Source: Oscillospiraceae bacterium (GTDB lineage Bacteria > Bacillota > Clostridia > Oscillospirales > Ruminococcaceae). Taken from it: 59,443 nt of DNA. Shown piece by piece: positions 1-8,695 of the stretch. How positions within the stretch are numbered: position 1 is the stretch's first letter; each line of letters begins with the position of its first letter. The notes beneath the pieces are model-generated. The model was given only the letters and a program-made list of their open reading frames with translations, made no database searches and had not been told where the DNA came from. The stretch spans positions 1 through 59,443 of the forward strand of contig JAYFQJ010000030.1 of the NCBI GenBank assembly GCA_034927165.1. Reading direction: 5' to 3'. Made by a program: the position numbers and the translations under genes.

Positions 1-85
1 CAGCGGCTTCTGTCTGCTCCGGATGACCTGCCTGAGTTTCCTGCGTTGTTTCGGTCGTAGCGTCAGGGGAAGGAACAGATACACT

Positions 86-502
86 ATGGACGAGATAAAG
101 CCGAACGGTAACAACTTCATGGCGGCTATGCGTGTGGACGCTCTGAAGATAGCGCCTTTGGTTTTTGATTATCTGAAGGCGGTGCGAGGTTTTGATTTTG
201 ATTCGCTGATGCTTCTTCGCCAGCCGGACGACCCTGAGAGAAAGAGATACTGGAGAGTGTTGCAAAAAGCAGTGAATGCCCTTTGCAGAAAGCGCTACTC
301 CCGAAGCTGCGTGGAGGACAGGCGAACAATGATGCTCGAATCCATCACAAATCATACGATGCGGATTTGGAGGATGTGCGGCAGAGCTATGACCGGCTGT
401 GGGATGCGGCCAGCAAAATCCTATCCTCGCTGGCCGCCATTCAATAGCATACGGGCGGCATCGCTTTATCGGGCGCGCCGCCCCTTTTTATACAAAAGTT
501 AG
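86..502 (+). CDS. Hypothetical protein of the mobile element (possibly frameshifted)
   Basis: ATG at 86 (MDEIKPNG...). The listed frame runs through a GC hairpin at about 443-476. An alternative frame from about 238 ends at TAG 455-457, right before that hairpin, and looks more protein-like (..DADLEDVRQSYDRLWDAASKILSSLAAIQ). This suggests a frameshift near 235-245. Confidence 0.3.
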   Translation: MDEIKPNGNNFMAAMRVDALKIAPLVFDYLKAVRGFDFDSLMLLRQPDDPERKRYWRVLQKAVNALCRKRYSRSCVEDRRTMMLESITNHTMRIWRMCGRAMTGCGMRPAKSYPRWPPFNSIRAASLYRARRPFLYKS

Positions 503-596
503 CCGATTACTTGGCGCATATCCCGCATCCTTGCGAAAAGGGATGTTTCCCGGTATTCTTGCAGTAGAACAGGGCGTGAAAGGAAGTGACGTAATC

Positions 597-908
597 ATGT
601 TGACACACGAAAAAGTCTTGGAAATCTTCAAGGACTATCTCCGTGAAGATACGGAATATGAGGTAGTCTTGACCAGCCGGGGTTACACACTCATGGAGTG
701 GGAAAGCAAGGGCGAAGAATGGAGCGACGCCCGTTTCTGCAAAACGCCGGAGGTTCTGGCCGAAGCCCTGCTGGACGCTTACGAGGGGTATCTTGAATAT
801 AAAGCCGCATACGGGCGGCGAGACCTGACCCCGCAGGAGGAACAGGGCATACAGGAAAAGCGGGCCGCCCTCGCGGAGAAATGCCGGAAAGCGGGTGAAG
901 AAATATAA
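597..908 (+). CDS. Hypothetical protein (mobile-element cargo)
   Basis: ATG at 597 (MLTHEKVLEIFKDYL...) with balanced, acidic, protein-like composition. I recognise no family. Confidence 0.5.
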   Translation: MLTHEKVLEIFKDYLREDTEYEVVLTSRGYTLMEWESKGEEWSDARFCKTPEVLAEALLDAYEGYLEYKAAYGRRDLTPQEEQGIQEKRAALAEKCRKAGEEI

Positions 909-940
909 GGTTCTTACTAAAAATCTTTGCCGCGCCCATT

Positions 941-1195
941 GTGGCGATACTGACGGTGCTCGTCTGGATTTGCTCCGGCCTGCTCTACTGCTCCGCGTGG
1001 ATATTTTCTCTGGCCTCCACCATTTTCGGTATTCTCGGCCTTGCTATTCTCATATTGGATTCGGTGAAGAACGGCATCATCGTTTTGGTGATCGCTTTTC
1101 TCGTCAGCCCCGTGGGATTGCCAATGGCGGCAGCGTGGCTGATAGGTCAGGCGCAACGGCTGCGCTACGCTATCCAGGATAGGGTTTACGGGTAA
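941..1195 (+). CDS. Small integral membrane protein
   Basis: 84 aa with two to three hydrophobic helices (MAILTVLVWICSGLLYCSAWIFSLASTIFGILGLAILIL...). Such proteins are typical of clostridial conjugative or integrative elements. Confidence 0.5.
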   Translation: MAILTVLVWICSGLLYCSAWIFSLASTIFGILGLAILILDSVKNGIIVLVIAFLVSPVGLPMAAAWLIGQAQRLRYAIQDRVYG

Positions 1196-1252
1196 AAATA
1201 AAGCGCGGAGCGTAATGATCGCTTCGCGCTTTATGGTTCCTGACTTCAACAG

Positions 1253-1435
1253 TTATTCTTTTTGTTCAGAAAGCGGAATTGTTCCGTGCGATTCTTCAAA
1301 CTCACCGACGCATTTGCGGACGAGCGACAGCAGGAGCCAGTTCATTGAGCGGTCATCATATTTTGCCACATAGTCAAACTTCTTGAGCAAATCCTTATCT
1401 ATCCGCAGAGACAAGTGCCTCTCATTCTTTTTCAT
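1253..1435 (-). CDS. Ribbon-helix-helix (Arc/CopG-like) DNA-binding protein
   Basis: MKKNERHLSLRIDKDLLKKFDYVAKYDDRSMNWLLLSLV shows an RHH-like beta-strand/helix pattern. A GGAGG lies 5 nt before the ATG at 1435. Confidence 0.55.
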   Translation of the reverse strand: MKKNERHLSLRIDKDLLKKFDYVAKYDDRSMNWLLLSLVRKCVGEFEESHGTIPLSEQKE

Positions 1436-1450
1436 AATTGCCTCCACCTT

Positions 1451-1518
1451 GAACCTATTATGAGTTTATTTTAGGTTCTGTATGCGTTATAATGCAGACA
1501 TGAACCCATGTTGGGTTC
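1451..1518. promoter_or_regulatory. Two inverted repeats sharing the half-site GAACCYA (candidate operators of the RHH protein)
   Basis: GAACCTA (1451-1457) pairs with TAGGTTC (1472-1478), and GAACCCA (1502-1508) pairs with TGGGTTC (1512-1518). Both sit in the divergent region between the RHH gene and the SLOG-like gene. A TATAAT lies at 1486-1491. Confidence 0.3.
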
Positions 1519-1538
1519 ACAATAACTTGGTGGTGGTG

Positions 1539-1886
1539 ATGGATACGCTGGTGACGCTCTGTGGACACAGCGAAATATCTCAGCCGGATGCGGTAAAGGA
1601 CTGGCTCAATATTGTAACGCGCGAGCTGCTTTCAAGCGGTGCGGATATATTTTATTTTGGAGGATATGGTGCGTTTGACCGGCTGGCGGCGTCTGTCATA
1701 CGCGAGGTAAAAGCAGGACAGAATAATGTGAAAGCGGTGCTGGTATTGCCGTATCTCAATTCCAATATTGACGCTACGGGCTATGACTATACCGTTTACC
1801 CTCCGTTGGAATCCGTACCGCTTCGTTTCGCCATTTCAAAGAGAAATCAATGGATGGTATCCTTGCCTTGTAAATACTGCTCTTGA
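1539..1886 (+). CDS. SLOG/DUF1273-like protein, C-terminally truncated
   Basis: VTLCGHSEI...FYFGGYGAFDRLAA...FAISKRNQWMV matches the DUF1273/SLOG pattern. The sequence then ends abruptly in SLPCKYCS*, 20 nt before the recombinase start. Confidence 0.5.
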   Translation: MDTLVTLCGHSEISQPDAVKDWLNIVTRELLSSGADIFYFGGYGAFDRLAASVIREVKAGQNNVKAVLVLPYLNSNIDATGYDYTVYPPLESVPLRFAISKRNQWMVSLPCKYCS

Positions 1887-1905
1887 CTGCCGGAAAGGAG
1901 GATTT

Positions 1906-3615
1906 GTGAAACAGTCAAGTAGTAGAAAAAACCGCGAGGATACCGCGTTTTTGTATCCGCGTCTTTCCCGCGATGACAACCTCGATGGCGACAGTTACAG
2001 CATCCAGAACCAAAAGAAACTGCTCACCAAAGCAGCGAAGGACATGGGCTATACGAACCTTGTGACATTTTGCGATGACGGTGTTTCCGGCGTCACGATG
2101 GATCGCCCCGGCTTCAATGCGATGATAGCAGAATTGGAGAAAGGTCACGCCGCCGCTGTTTTTGTCAAGGATATGTCGCGCTTGGGACGCAACTATATTG
2201 AAGTCGGCAGGCTCATGGAAGAATTTTTCCCGGAACACGACATCCGGCTTGTGGCCGTTTCCGATGGCATCGACACCGCCGAGGGTGAAAGCGAGATGGC
2301 CCCGATAAAAAACCTGTTCAACGAATGGTATGCGCGGGACATCAGCAAAAAGCGGAGAATTAGCAACAAAATCAAGGGGAACGCCGGTGAGCCGATGGGC
2401 CAGCCGCCTTATGGGTACATGAAAGACCCGGACAACCTGAAGCATTGGCTTGTGGACGATGAACCCGCTGCCGTTGTTCGCCGCATTTATCGCATGACGA
2501 TGGATGGCCTTGGAACGGAGCAAATCGCCACACGGTTGGAGGAAGAAGGGGTGCTGACCCCGATGGCTTACTGGCAGAGCAAGGGCATCAACCGCCCCGG
2601 CAAGCGCAAGGACGCGCCGCCTACCAAGTGGAACAGCTCCTCGGTCATTAAAATCCTGTCCTCACAAGAGTATTGCGGCGACATTCTCAATTTCAAGACC
2701 TACTCAAAGTCCTACAAGCTCAAAAAGCGGATTGAGAATGACCGTGAGAACTGGGTAATATTCCGCGATGTGCATGAGGCCATTATCGAGCGTACCGTAT
2801 GGGAACAGGTACAGCAAAAGCGCGGGAAGCTCCGCAAGCGCAAGACCAACGATGGCGACACCTGCATGTTTTCCGGCCTGCTTGTCTGTGCCGACTGCGG
2901 GAAAAACCTCCACTTCCACTTCAACCAGGGGAACCCGGAGATTAAGTATTTCAACTGCTCCAACTATAAGGGCAACCGGGGTACTTGCAATTCAACCCAT
3001 TATATCCGGGTGGACTTTCTGGAACAGGTCGTACTTGGGGAAATCCGCAGGCTCACCAAATTCGCCAGCCAATACGAGAAGATGTTTGCGGAGGCAGTCA
3101 TGGGGTATTCCCAGCAGAGCGCCGTTACAGAGCGCCAGTCTATGCAGAAAGAGCTATACGCGCTTCAAGCCCGCGACAGAGAGCTGGATACGTTGTTTGA
3201 GAAAATCTATGAGGACAATGCTTCGGGAAAAATCTCAGATGAACGGTTTGCCCGCATGTCGATCAAGTATGAGGATGAACAAAAAGAACTGACCGAGAAA
3301 ATCAAGGCGCTCAGAAACGCGCTCGATAAATCGGTCAGCAAGTCCGTCACAGCGGATATGTTCATCTCCACCGTCCGCAAATACACACGGGCAAAAAAGC
3401 TCACGCCCCGGATGCTCAATGAGCTTGTAGAGCGCATCGAAGTCCATCAGGCCGAGAAGGTCAACGGCGTTTGGGAACAGCGGCTGACGATTCGCTATAA
3501 CTGCATCGGCGCAATCGACATTCCCGACATGCTGCCCTTGCCTTATCCCGAAGTCTCTGTGAACACCAGAAAAGGCGTGATTGTGAACTACGTTCCCAAC
3601 ACGCTGGCGAGTTGA
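1906..3615 (+). CDS. Large serine recombinase (TnpX/TndX-like)
   Basis: GTG at 1906 follows AAGGAGG. Catalytic motif YPRLSRDD. Resolvase domain, recombinase domain and a Cys-rich zinc ribbon (CADCGKNLHFHF..NCSNYKGNRGTCNSTHY). A coiled coil and a DUF4368-like tail (LVERIEVHQAEK...) follow. Confidence 0.9.
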   Translation: MKQSSSRKNREDTAFLYPRLSRDDNLDGDSYSIQNQKKLLTKAAKDMGYTNLVTFCDDGVSGVTMDRPGFNAMIAELEKGHAAAVFVKDMSRLGRNYIEVGRLMEEFFPEHDIRLVAVSDGIDTAEGESEMAPIKNLFNEWYARDISKKRRISNKIKGNAGEPMGQPPYGYMKDPDNLKHWLVDDEPAAVVRRIYRMTMDGLGTEQIATRLEEEGVLTPMAYWQSKGINRPGKRKDAPPTKWNSSSVIKILSSQEYCGDILNFKTYSKSYKLKKRIENDRENWVIFRDVHEAIIERTVWEQVQQKRGKLRKRKTNDGDTCMFSGLLVCADCGKNLHFHFNQGNPEIKYFNCSNYKGNRGTCNSTHYIRVDFLEQVVLGEIRRLTKFASQYEKMFAEAVMGYSQQSAVTERQSMQKELYALQARDRELDTLFEKIYEDNASGKISDERFARMSIKYEDEQKELTEKIKALRNALDKSVSKSVTADMFISTVRKYTRAKKLTPRMLNELVERIEVHQAEKVNGVWEQRLTIRYNCIGAIDIPDMLPLPYPEVSVNTRKGVIVNYVPNTLAS

Positions 3616-3629
3616 GGGAGGGATACAGG

Positions 3630-3986
3630 ATGGCGCAAAAGCGAGTGTGGATATATTGCCGGATAGCCCATCAGTCTCCCGATAACGATTTCGCCATGAC
3701 CGCCCAGGTAAGATGCCTGACGGAGTATGCCGCCAAGTAAGGGCTTGCTGTTGCGGGTATCACCACCGAATACGGAAACGGCCTTACGCTCGACAGGCTG
3801 GGGCTGAAGGAAGTAACGGATGCCGTGAAAGACGGAAAAGCAGAAGCAGTATTGGTCAAAAATCTGTCGCGCATCGTGCGTAGCTATCTGCTCATGCCAG
3901 AGGTCGTAAAGACGCTCAATCAGTACGGTGCGGAGCTTATCTCGGCAGACGAGGGCGTTTCCCTTGGACAGCGGGAACACTTTTGA
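3630..3986 (+). pseudogene. Decayed small resolvase-like serine recombinase
   Basis: 118-codon frame resembling a resolvase catalytic domain (..AVLVKNLSRIVRSYL..). It has an in-frame TAA at 3738-3740. The catalytic Ser position reads YCRIAHQS instead of Y-x-R-x-S. Confidence 0.6.
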
Positions 3987-3990
3987 GCAT

Positions 3991-4039
3991 AAAAAAGCGA
4001 GTGTTCTTACAGCATTTTTCAAATGCTATAAGAACACTC
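3991..4039 (-). terminator. Rho-independent terminator of tRNA-Leu
   Basis: 17-bp stem with one mismatch (3999-4015 pairs with 4023-4039). It is followed on the minus strand by a T6 run (A-run 3991-3996 on plus). Confidence 0.7.
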
Positions 4040-4043
4040 GGCA

Positions 4044-4130
4044 TGGTGCGGATAACAGGAGTTGAACCTGCATGAACTTGCGTTCACTGGAACCTGAATC
4101 CAGCGCGTCTGCCAATTCCGCCATATCCGC
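4044..4130 (-). tRNA. tRNA-Leu (anticodon CAG)
   Basis: The reverse complement folds as a cloverleaf. Acceptor GCGGATA/TATCCGC. Anticodon arm CTGGA-TTCAGGT-TCCAG. Long variable arm TGAAC-GCAA-GTTCA. T arm GCAGG-TTCAACT-CCTGT. CCA is encoded. Confidence 0.9.
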
Positions 4131-4189
4131 TTATTGTGTAAACGCGGTTTTCCGCGCGTACAGGAGCACCAACCGAACGGTGCCTAAAC

Positions 4190-4218
4190 ATGATAGCATT
4201 TTGCGGCGCGCTTGTCAA
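4190..4218 (-). promoter_or_regulatory. Sigma-A-type promoter upstream of tRNA-Leu
   Basis: On the minus strand: TTGACA (4213-4218), a 17-nt spacer, then TATCAT (4190-4195). Confidence 0.5.
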
Positions 4219-4259
4219 TTGCTCCTGCACAAAAAGAGCGGCAATTTCGAGCGGACACT

Positions 4260-4288
4260 AAAGAGATCCGGCCCCGCCGGATCTCTTT
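4260..4288 (-). terminator. Terminator after the Fe-alcohol dehydrogenase gene
   Basis: 10-bp stem AGAGATCCGG/CCGGATCTCT with a 5-nt loop, 12 nt after the stop codon. The T-run is short. Confidence 0.6.
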
Positions 4289-4300
4289 GTCTCTCCTGAT

Positions 4301-5446
4301 CTACCAGATCTTGCGATACAGCTCAACGACCTCCGCCTTCGTCGGCACGCGCGGATTGGTTTCCGTGCAGGAATCGTTGAGCGCCGCGTCCGCCATCGAG
4401 TCGAGCTCCGCTTCATATTGTTCTTTTGTGATCTTCAAAAACTCGCTCAGATGCATGGGGATATTCATATCGTCCGCCATAAAACGCAGATAATTACACA
4501 GCGAATGGATCGTCATGACCTCGTTTGTGCCGTGCAAACCAAGCGTTGTTGCGATATTGCAGTAGCGGAAAACACAGCCGGCTTTCATATCGCGGTCGCG
4601 CGATATATTGGTAATGCCGCTGTTGTATTCGATGACTGTTGGCAGCAATATGGCGTTCGCACGGCCGTGCGCGATGTGAAAATGTGCGCCCAGCTGATGC
4701 GCCATGCCGTGGTTCAGGCCGAGGCTTGCCGTGTTGAACGCGAGACCCGCAAGACACGCCGCAATGTGCATTTTTCTGCGCGCATGAATGTCTGTATTAT
4801 CCGCGTAGGAGCGATACAGGAACTGCCCGCAGATATCGGCGGCTTTTTCCGCGAGCGCGCCGGAGAATTCATTCGTCTTGGTGCTCACGTATGCCTCGAT
4901 CGCGTGGGTGAGCACGTCCATGCCGGTGTCCGCCGTGACGCCCGCGGGCACGCTCATGACGAGCGTCTCGTCGAGGATCGCCTCATCCGGCGTCATATCG
5001 TCGGAAACAAGCGGGATCTTTGTTTTTGTCTCGGGATCGGTGATGACGGCAAAGGACGTGACCTCGCTGCCGGTGCCGCTTGTTGTGGGAATGGCGATCA
5101 GGCGCGGATGCAGCTCCGCATTGACCTGCTGCGACATTTTGCGCACCGCTTTGGACAGATCCAGCGCCGAACCGCCGCCTACGCCAATGATGCCGTCGCA
5201 GCCGGAGGCGATAAAGGCCTTGACGCCTTCCGCGACCTTTTCGATGGGCGGGTCGGGGACGACATCGGTGAACAGCTCGTAGCTGATTCCTCCTGCCTCC
5301 AGCGGCTTTTTTATGTGACGGATAAGTCCGCTGTCCACGACGAACGGATCGGTGATGATAAATACTTTTTTGCATTCGATCTCGCGAAGACGCTGCAGCG
5401 CGTCTTCGCCGAAATAAATATCCGTGAGGACCTCAAATTTGTTCAT
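4301..5446 (-). CDS. Iron-containing (group III) alcohol dehydrogenase
   Basis: GVGGGSALDLSKA nucleotide-binding motif and His-rich metal site (HGMAHQLGAHFHIAHG). ATG at 5446 is preceded by GGAGA. The track start at 5452 is a TTG. Confidence 0.9.
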   Translation of the reverse strand: MNKFEVLTDIYFGEDALQRLREIECKKVFIITDPFVVDSGLIRHIKKPLEAGGISYELFTDVVPDPPIEKVAEGVKAFIASGCDGIIGVGGGSALDLSKAVRKMSQQVNAELHPRLIAIPTTSGTGSEVTSFAVITDPETKTKIPLVSDDMTPDEAILDETLVMSVPAGVTADTGMDVLTHAIEAYVSTKTNEFSGALAEKAADICGQFLYRSYADNTDIHARRKMHIAACLAGLAFNTASLGLNHGMAHQLGAHFHIAHGRANAILLPTVIEYNSGITNISRDRDMKAGCVFRYCNIATTLGLHGTNEVMTIHSLCNYLRFMADDMNIPMHLSEFLKITKEQYEAELDSMADAALNDSCTETNPRVPTKAEVVELYRKIW

Positions 5447-5576
5447 GCCCAATCTCCATAACCAACATTGTTAATTATATAACAGTATAGCACGAAATGC
5501 GCTGCTCGTATAGGCGCAGAGCGTCGCTTTATCAGAAAATAATCCGCAGTGCCGGAAAAAAGATTTGTAAAAAGTG

Positions 5577-6598
5577 CTATACGGGATCCGTCCAGTCGAT
5601 GACGACGCAGTGGTAGTTTTCCTTGTCGTACATGAGCCCGTAATAGGCATCCTGTACCTGCGCCGGGCGGATGACGTGGCTGATGAGCGCGCGGACATCC
5701 AGCTCACCGCGGGAAAGCAATCCGCAGATAACGCGGTAATTGCGTTCAACGCAGACGCGCGAGCCCTCTGTCTCATACACGGGATCAAGGCTGTTGAAGG
5801 CGCCCGTCACACGCAGCATATTCATATGGATGGCGCTCAGCAGCGGCGTCAGCTCGCCGCTGAAGGGCGCGCGTGGAGAGCTAAGCAGGATCACCTGTCC
5901 GTATTTCCCGCAGCTCATCAGAGCGTTCGCGATGGCGGGCGACGCCCCCGTCGCATCCGCCGCGATGTCGACGCCCCGGCCGCCGGTCAGCGCCTTCAGC
6001 GCCGCGACCTGCTCCTGCGGCGGACAGTCGAGCGTCTGCTCAATGCCGAACTGCCGCGCGAGCGCGCAGCGACTGGGCACGGGATCGACGCCGATGACCC
6101 GCGCGCCGCATTTTTTGTAGAGCGCGCCGCGATGAGGCCGATCGCGCCGAGACCGAATACGGCGAGCGTGTCGCCGAGCTTCACCTGCGTTGCGTTGACG
6201 CCGCTCATGGCGACAAGGCCGAGCGTGATGAGCGCAGCGGCCTGTGGATCGATGTCGGCGGGCAGGGGAAAGAGCATCGGCTCCTGCGTGCGCTCCCCGC
6301 GGTAAAGGCGGCAGACCGACGCGTGCGGACCGCTGTAAAAGACCCGGCCGCCGACGTCAATGTCCGTGAGCGCGCTGCCTTTTGCCAGCACGCGTCCCAC
6401 CGCGCAATAACCGGGCCGCACCGGGTAGGTGAAGCCCTGCTTGATCGCGAACACGCGGGACAGCTCGGTGCCCGCGCTGATCATCGTCGCTTCCGCGCGC
6501 AGCACCGCCTCATTCGGCAAAAGGCCGTCGAGACTGACCACCTCGCTTGCGACGGCTGCGCGGCCCTTTTCAGGAATCACGATATAATCAGACTTCAT
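5577..6598 (-). pseudogene. Zinc-type (MDR) alcohol/polyol dehydrogenase, 1-nt frameshift
   Basis: The N-terminal ORF (5996-6598) ends its conserved part at GLGAIGLIAA. The C-terminal ORF continues as LYKKCGARVIGVDP... in another frame. The frames rejoin if one base is restored in the GCGCGC tract at about 6121-6130. Confidence 0.75.
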
Positions 6599-6602
6599 AG
6601 CT

Positions 6603-7520
6603 TCAATTTCGCTCGCCGAACAGCGCGCGCAGACTGCCGCCGCAGGCGTTGAGCGCGTTGCCCGCGTCGTTTGCGCTCTTGCCTGTGCGCAGCATCGCGG
6701 CTGCGAGTTTGACGCTTCCGTCGGCAGCTGTGAGCGCCTCCCGCAGCGCCGCCTCCTCCGCTTCGGGGAAGATAGCGCGCAGGATGTTGAGACAGCGCGC
6801 GTTCAGCTTCTCGTTGGTCGCCCTGACGTCCACCATCAGATTGCTGTAGGTCTTTCCCTGCTGGATCATGGTGCAGGTCGTCAAAAGGTTGAGCACGAGC
6901 TTTTGCGCTGTGCCGGATTTCAAGCGTGTAGAGCCGGTGAGCGCCTCCGGGCCGACCTCGACCTCGATAGCGACGTCGCTGTGCTGCGCGAGGATGCTGT
7001 TTTTGTTGTTTGCGACGCACAGCGTCGCCGCTCCGACGCTTTTGGCATAATCGAGCGCGCCGATGACATAGGGTGTGCGCCCGCTCGCAGCAATGCCGCA
7101 GACGACATCATCAGCGCACGCCGTCGCCTCGCGCAGCTGCCGGACAGCGGCGTCCGCGTCATCCTCAACGTGCTCCACAGCGCTGCGTAAGGCGCGCTCG
7201 CCGCCCGCGATGATACCTACCACGCGGTCGGGGGAGACGGAGAAGGTCGGGGGGCATTCCGAGGCGTCGAGCACGCCCAGACGGCCGCTTGTGCCTGCGC
7301 CGATAAAGATCAGCCGCCCGCCGCGCCGCATACGCGCGGTGATGACGTCCACGGCGGCGGCGATGCTTCGCGCTTGCTCGTCTACGGCGTCGGCCAGCAC
7401 GCGGTTCTCATCATTGATGCGCCGCACCATGTCCACGGTGGACAAAAGGTCGATGTCCATTGTGCGCTCATTGCGCTGTTCTGTCGTCAATTTACGGATA
7501 TCCTCTGGGTTCACGCTCAT
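6603..7520 (-). CDS. murQ: N-acetylmuramic acid 6-phosphate etherase
   Basis: LTTEQRNERTMDIDLLS...GGRLIFIGAGTSGRLGVLDASECPPTF is a MurQ-type SIS signature. AAAGGAG lies 9 nt before the ATG at 7520. Confidence 0.9.
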   Translation of the reverse strand: MSVNPEDIRKLTTEQRNERTMDIDLLSTVDMVRRINDENRVLADAVDEQARSIAAAVDVITARMRRGGRLIFIGAGTSGRLGVLDASECPPTFSVSPDRVVGIIAGGERALRSAVEHVEDDADAAVRQLREATACADDVVCGIAASGRTPYVIGALDYAKSVGAATLCVANNKNSILAQHSDVAIEVEVGPEALTGSTRLKSGTAQKLVLNLLTTCTMIQQGKTYSNLMVDVRATNEKLNARCLNILRAIFPEAEEAALREALTAADGSVKLAAAMLRTGKSANDAGNALNACGGSLRALFGERN

Positions 7521-7536
7521 AGCAGGATGCTCCTTT

Positions 7537-8391
7537 TTATAAATTGAACAGATGGCGGATCGACTTGGCGACGCCCGCATTCTGCACGGTGTCGGTCACA
7601 TAATCCGCGATTTCCCTTATATCGTCGCTCGCGTTGCCCATAGCGACACAGTATCCTGCGCGCCGCATGATGGCCGCGTCGTTGCCGCTGTCGCCGAAGA
7701 CGACGGCGTTTTCCGGTGTGCTGCCGAGATGCGCACAAAGGATCTCAAGACCGGCGCCCTTGCTGACGCCGCGCGGTGAGATCTCGACCATATCGCTGTC
7801 AGTCACGACGACCTCGGCGTCGAGCGTTTCCCGCAGCATCGCGCACGCGGCATCGACGGACGACGCGCCGCGAAAGCGGCAGCCGAACTTGACGGCGGGA
7901 CGGTCGATCCTTTTCATAAGCGTCTGCGCGTCGGGAACGATATCGTACATACGCCGCAGCGAGCGAAGGCAATCCGCCTTGCGCGCGCGCGTGGGATATG
8001 CTTCGAGGAGCATATCCACATCCTGCTGCGTAATCATGCCCCCGTCCTGAAAAACGATGTGCAGCTTATCGGTGCACGCGCACAGCGTGCGCGCGAAGGT
8101 TCGGGTGCAGGCGACGTCCATCTCGACGACGCGGAGCGTTTCATGAGAGCGGATATCGGCGATGATGCCGCCGTTCGACGCGATGGCATAACGAAAACAA
8201 GGGATCGCCATAATCTCCTCGGGCAGAAAGAAGGGGTGGCGTCCGGTCGAGATGACCGTCTCCACGCCGCTTTCGCTCAGGCGGAGGATCGCGTCCCTTG
8301 TCTCGCACAACAGTGTGCCGCGGTCGAAGATGGTGCCGTCCAGGTCGAACGCGGCGACCTGAATACGGTCTTTATCAAATGAACGCGGCAA
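7537..8391 (-). CDS. Cof-type HAD-IIB sugar phosphatase
   Basis: AAFDLDGTIF motif I and GDSGNDAAIM motif IV. The start is uncertain: a TTG lies immediately after the HPr stop. Confidence 0.8.
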   Translation of the reverse strand: MPRSFDKDRIQVAAFDLDGTIFDRGTLLCETRDAILRLSESGVETVISTGRHPFFLPEEIMAIPCFRYAIASNGGIIADIRSHETLRVVEMDVACTRTFARTLCACTDKLHIVFQDGGMITQQDVDMLLEAYPTRARKADCLRSLRRMYDIVPDAQTLMKRIDRPAVKFGCRFRGASSVDAACAMLRETLDAEVVVTDSDMVEISPRGVSKGAGLEILCAHLGSTPENAVVFGDSGNDAAIMRRAGYCVAMGNASDDIREIADYVTDTVQNAGVAKSIRHLFNL

Positions 8392-8667
8392 TTACTCCTC
8401 CCCGAAGCCCGATGCGACGAGCGCGACGAGCGCGTCGACCGCGGCCTGCTCGTCCGGGCCGTCCGCGGCGATTTCTATCTCCGTGCCCTGCGCGACGCCG
8501 ATGGCGAGCAGACGAATGATGGATTTCGCATTGACAGGCTCCTCGCTGCCGTTTGCCTCGCGGATCGTCACCTTGGATTCAAAGCTCTTCGCCTTCAAAA
8601 CAAAATCGGATGCGGGACGCGCGTGCAGGCCTGTTTTGTTGATGACCGTTGTTTTGCGTGTGATCAT
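8392..8667 (-). CDS. HPr-family phosphocarrier protein (operon-embedded paralogue)
   Basis: TGLHARPAS with the active-site His, and an NAKSIIRLL Ser46-like region. 91 aa. AAGGAG RBS. Confidence 0.9.
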   Translation of the reverse strand: MITRKTTVINKTGLHARPASDFVLKAKSFESKVTIREANGSEEPVNAKSIIRLLAIGVAQGTEIEIAADGPDEQAAVDALVALVASGFGEE

Positions 8668-8695
8668 TTTCGACTCCTTGCTGTTTCTTTTTTTA

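Larger units (their letters stand above)
1..3990. mobile_element. Right-hand end of an integrated mobile element (serine-recombinase type), cut by the window edge
   Basis: Visibly lower-GC block of small accessory-type genes. It ends in a large serine recombinase plus a decayed resolvase-like gene and stops just before the terminator of tRNA-Leu. The left boundary lies outside the window, and no flanking repeats define the right boundary. Confidence 0.45.

Noticed and set aside
4044-4130. tRNA-Leu 3' end as the att site of the adjacent element.
   Set aside because: No tyrosine integrase is present, and I could see no partial tRNA repeat. The tRNA's own terminator (3991-4039) lies between the tRNA and the element, so integration did not occur within the tRNA gene.
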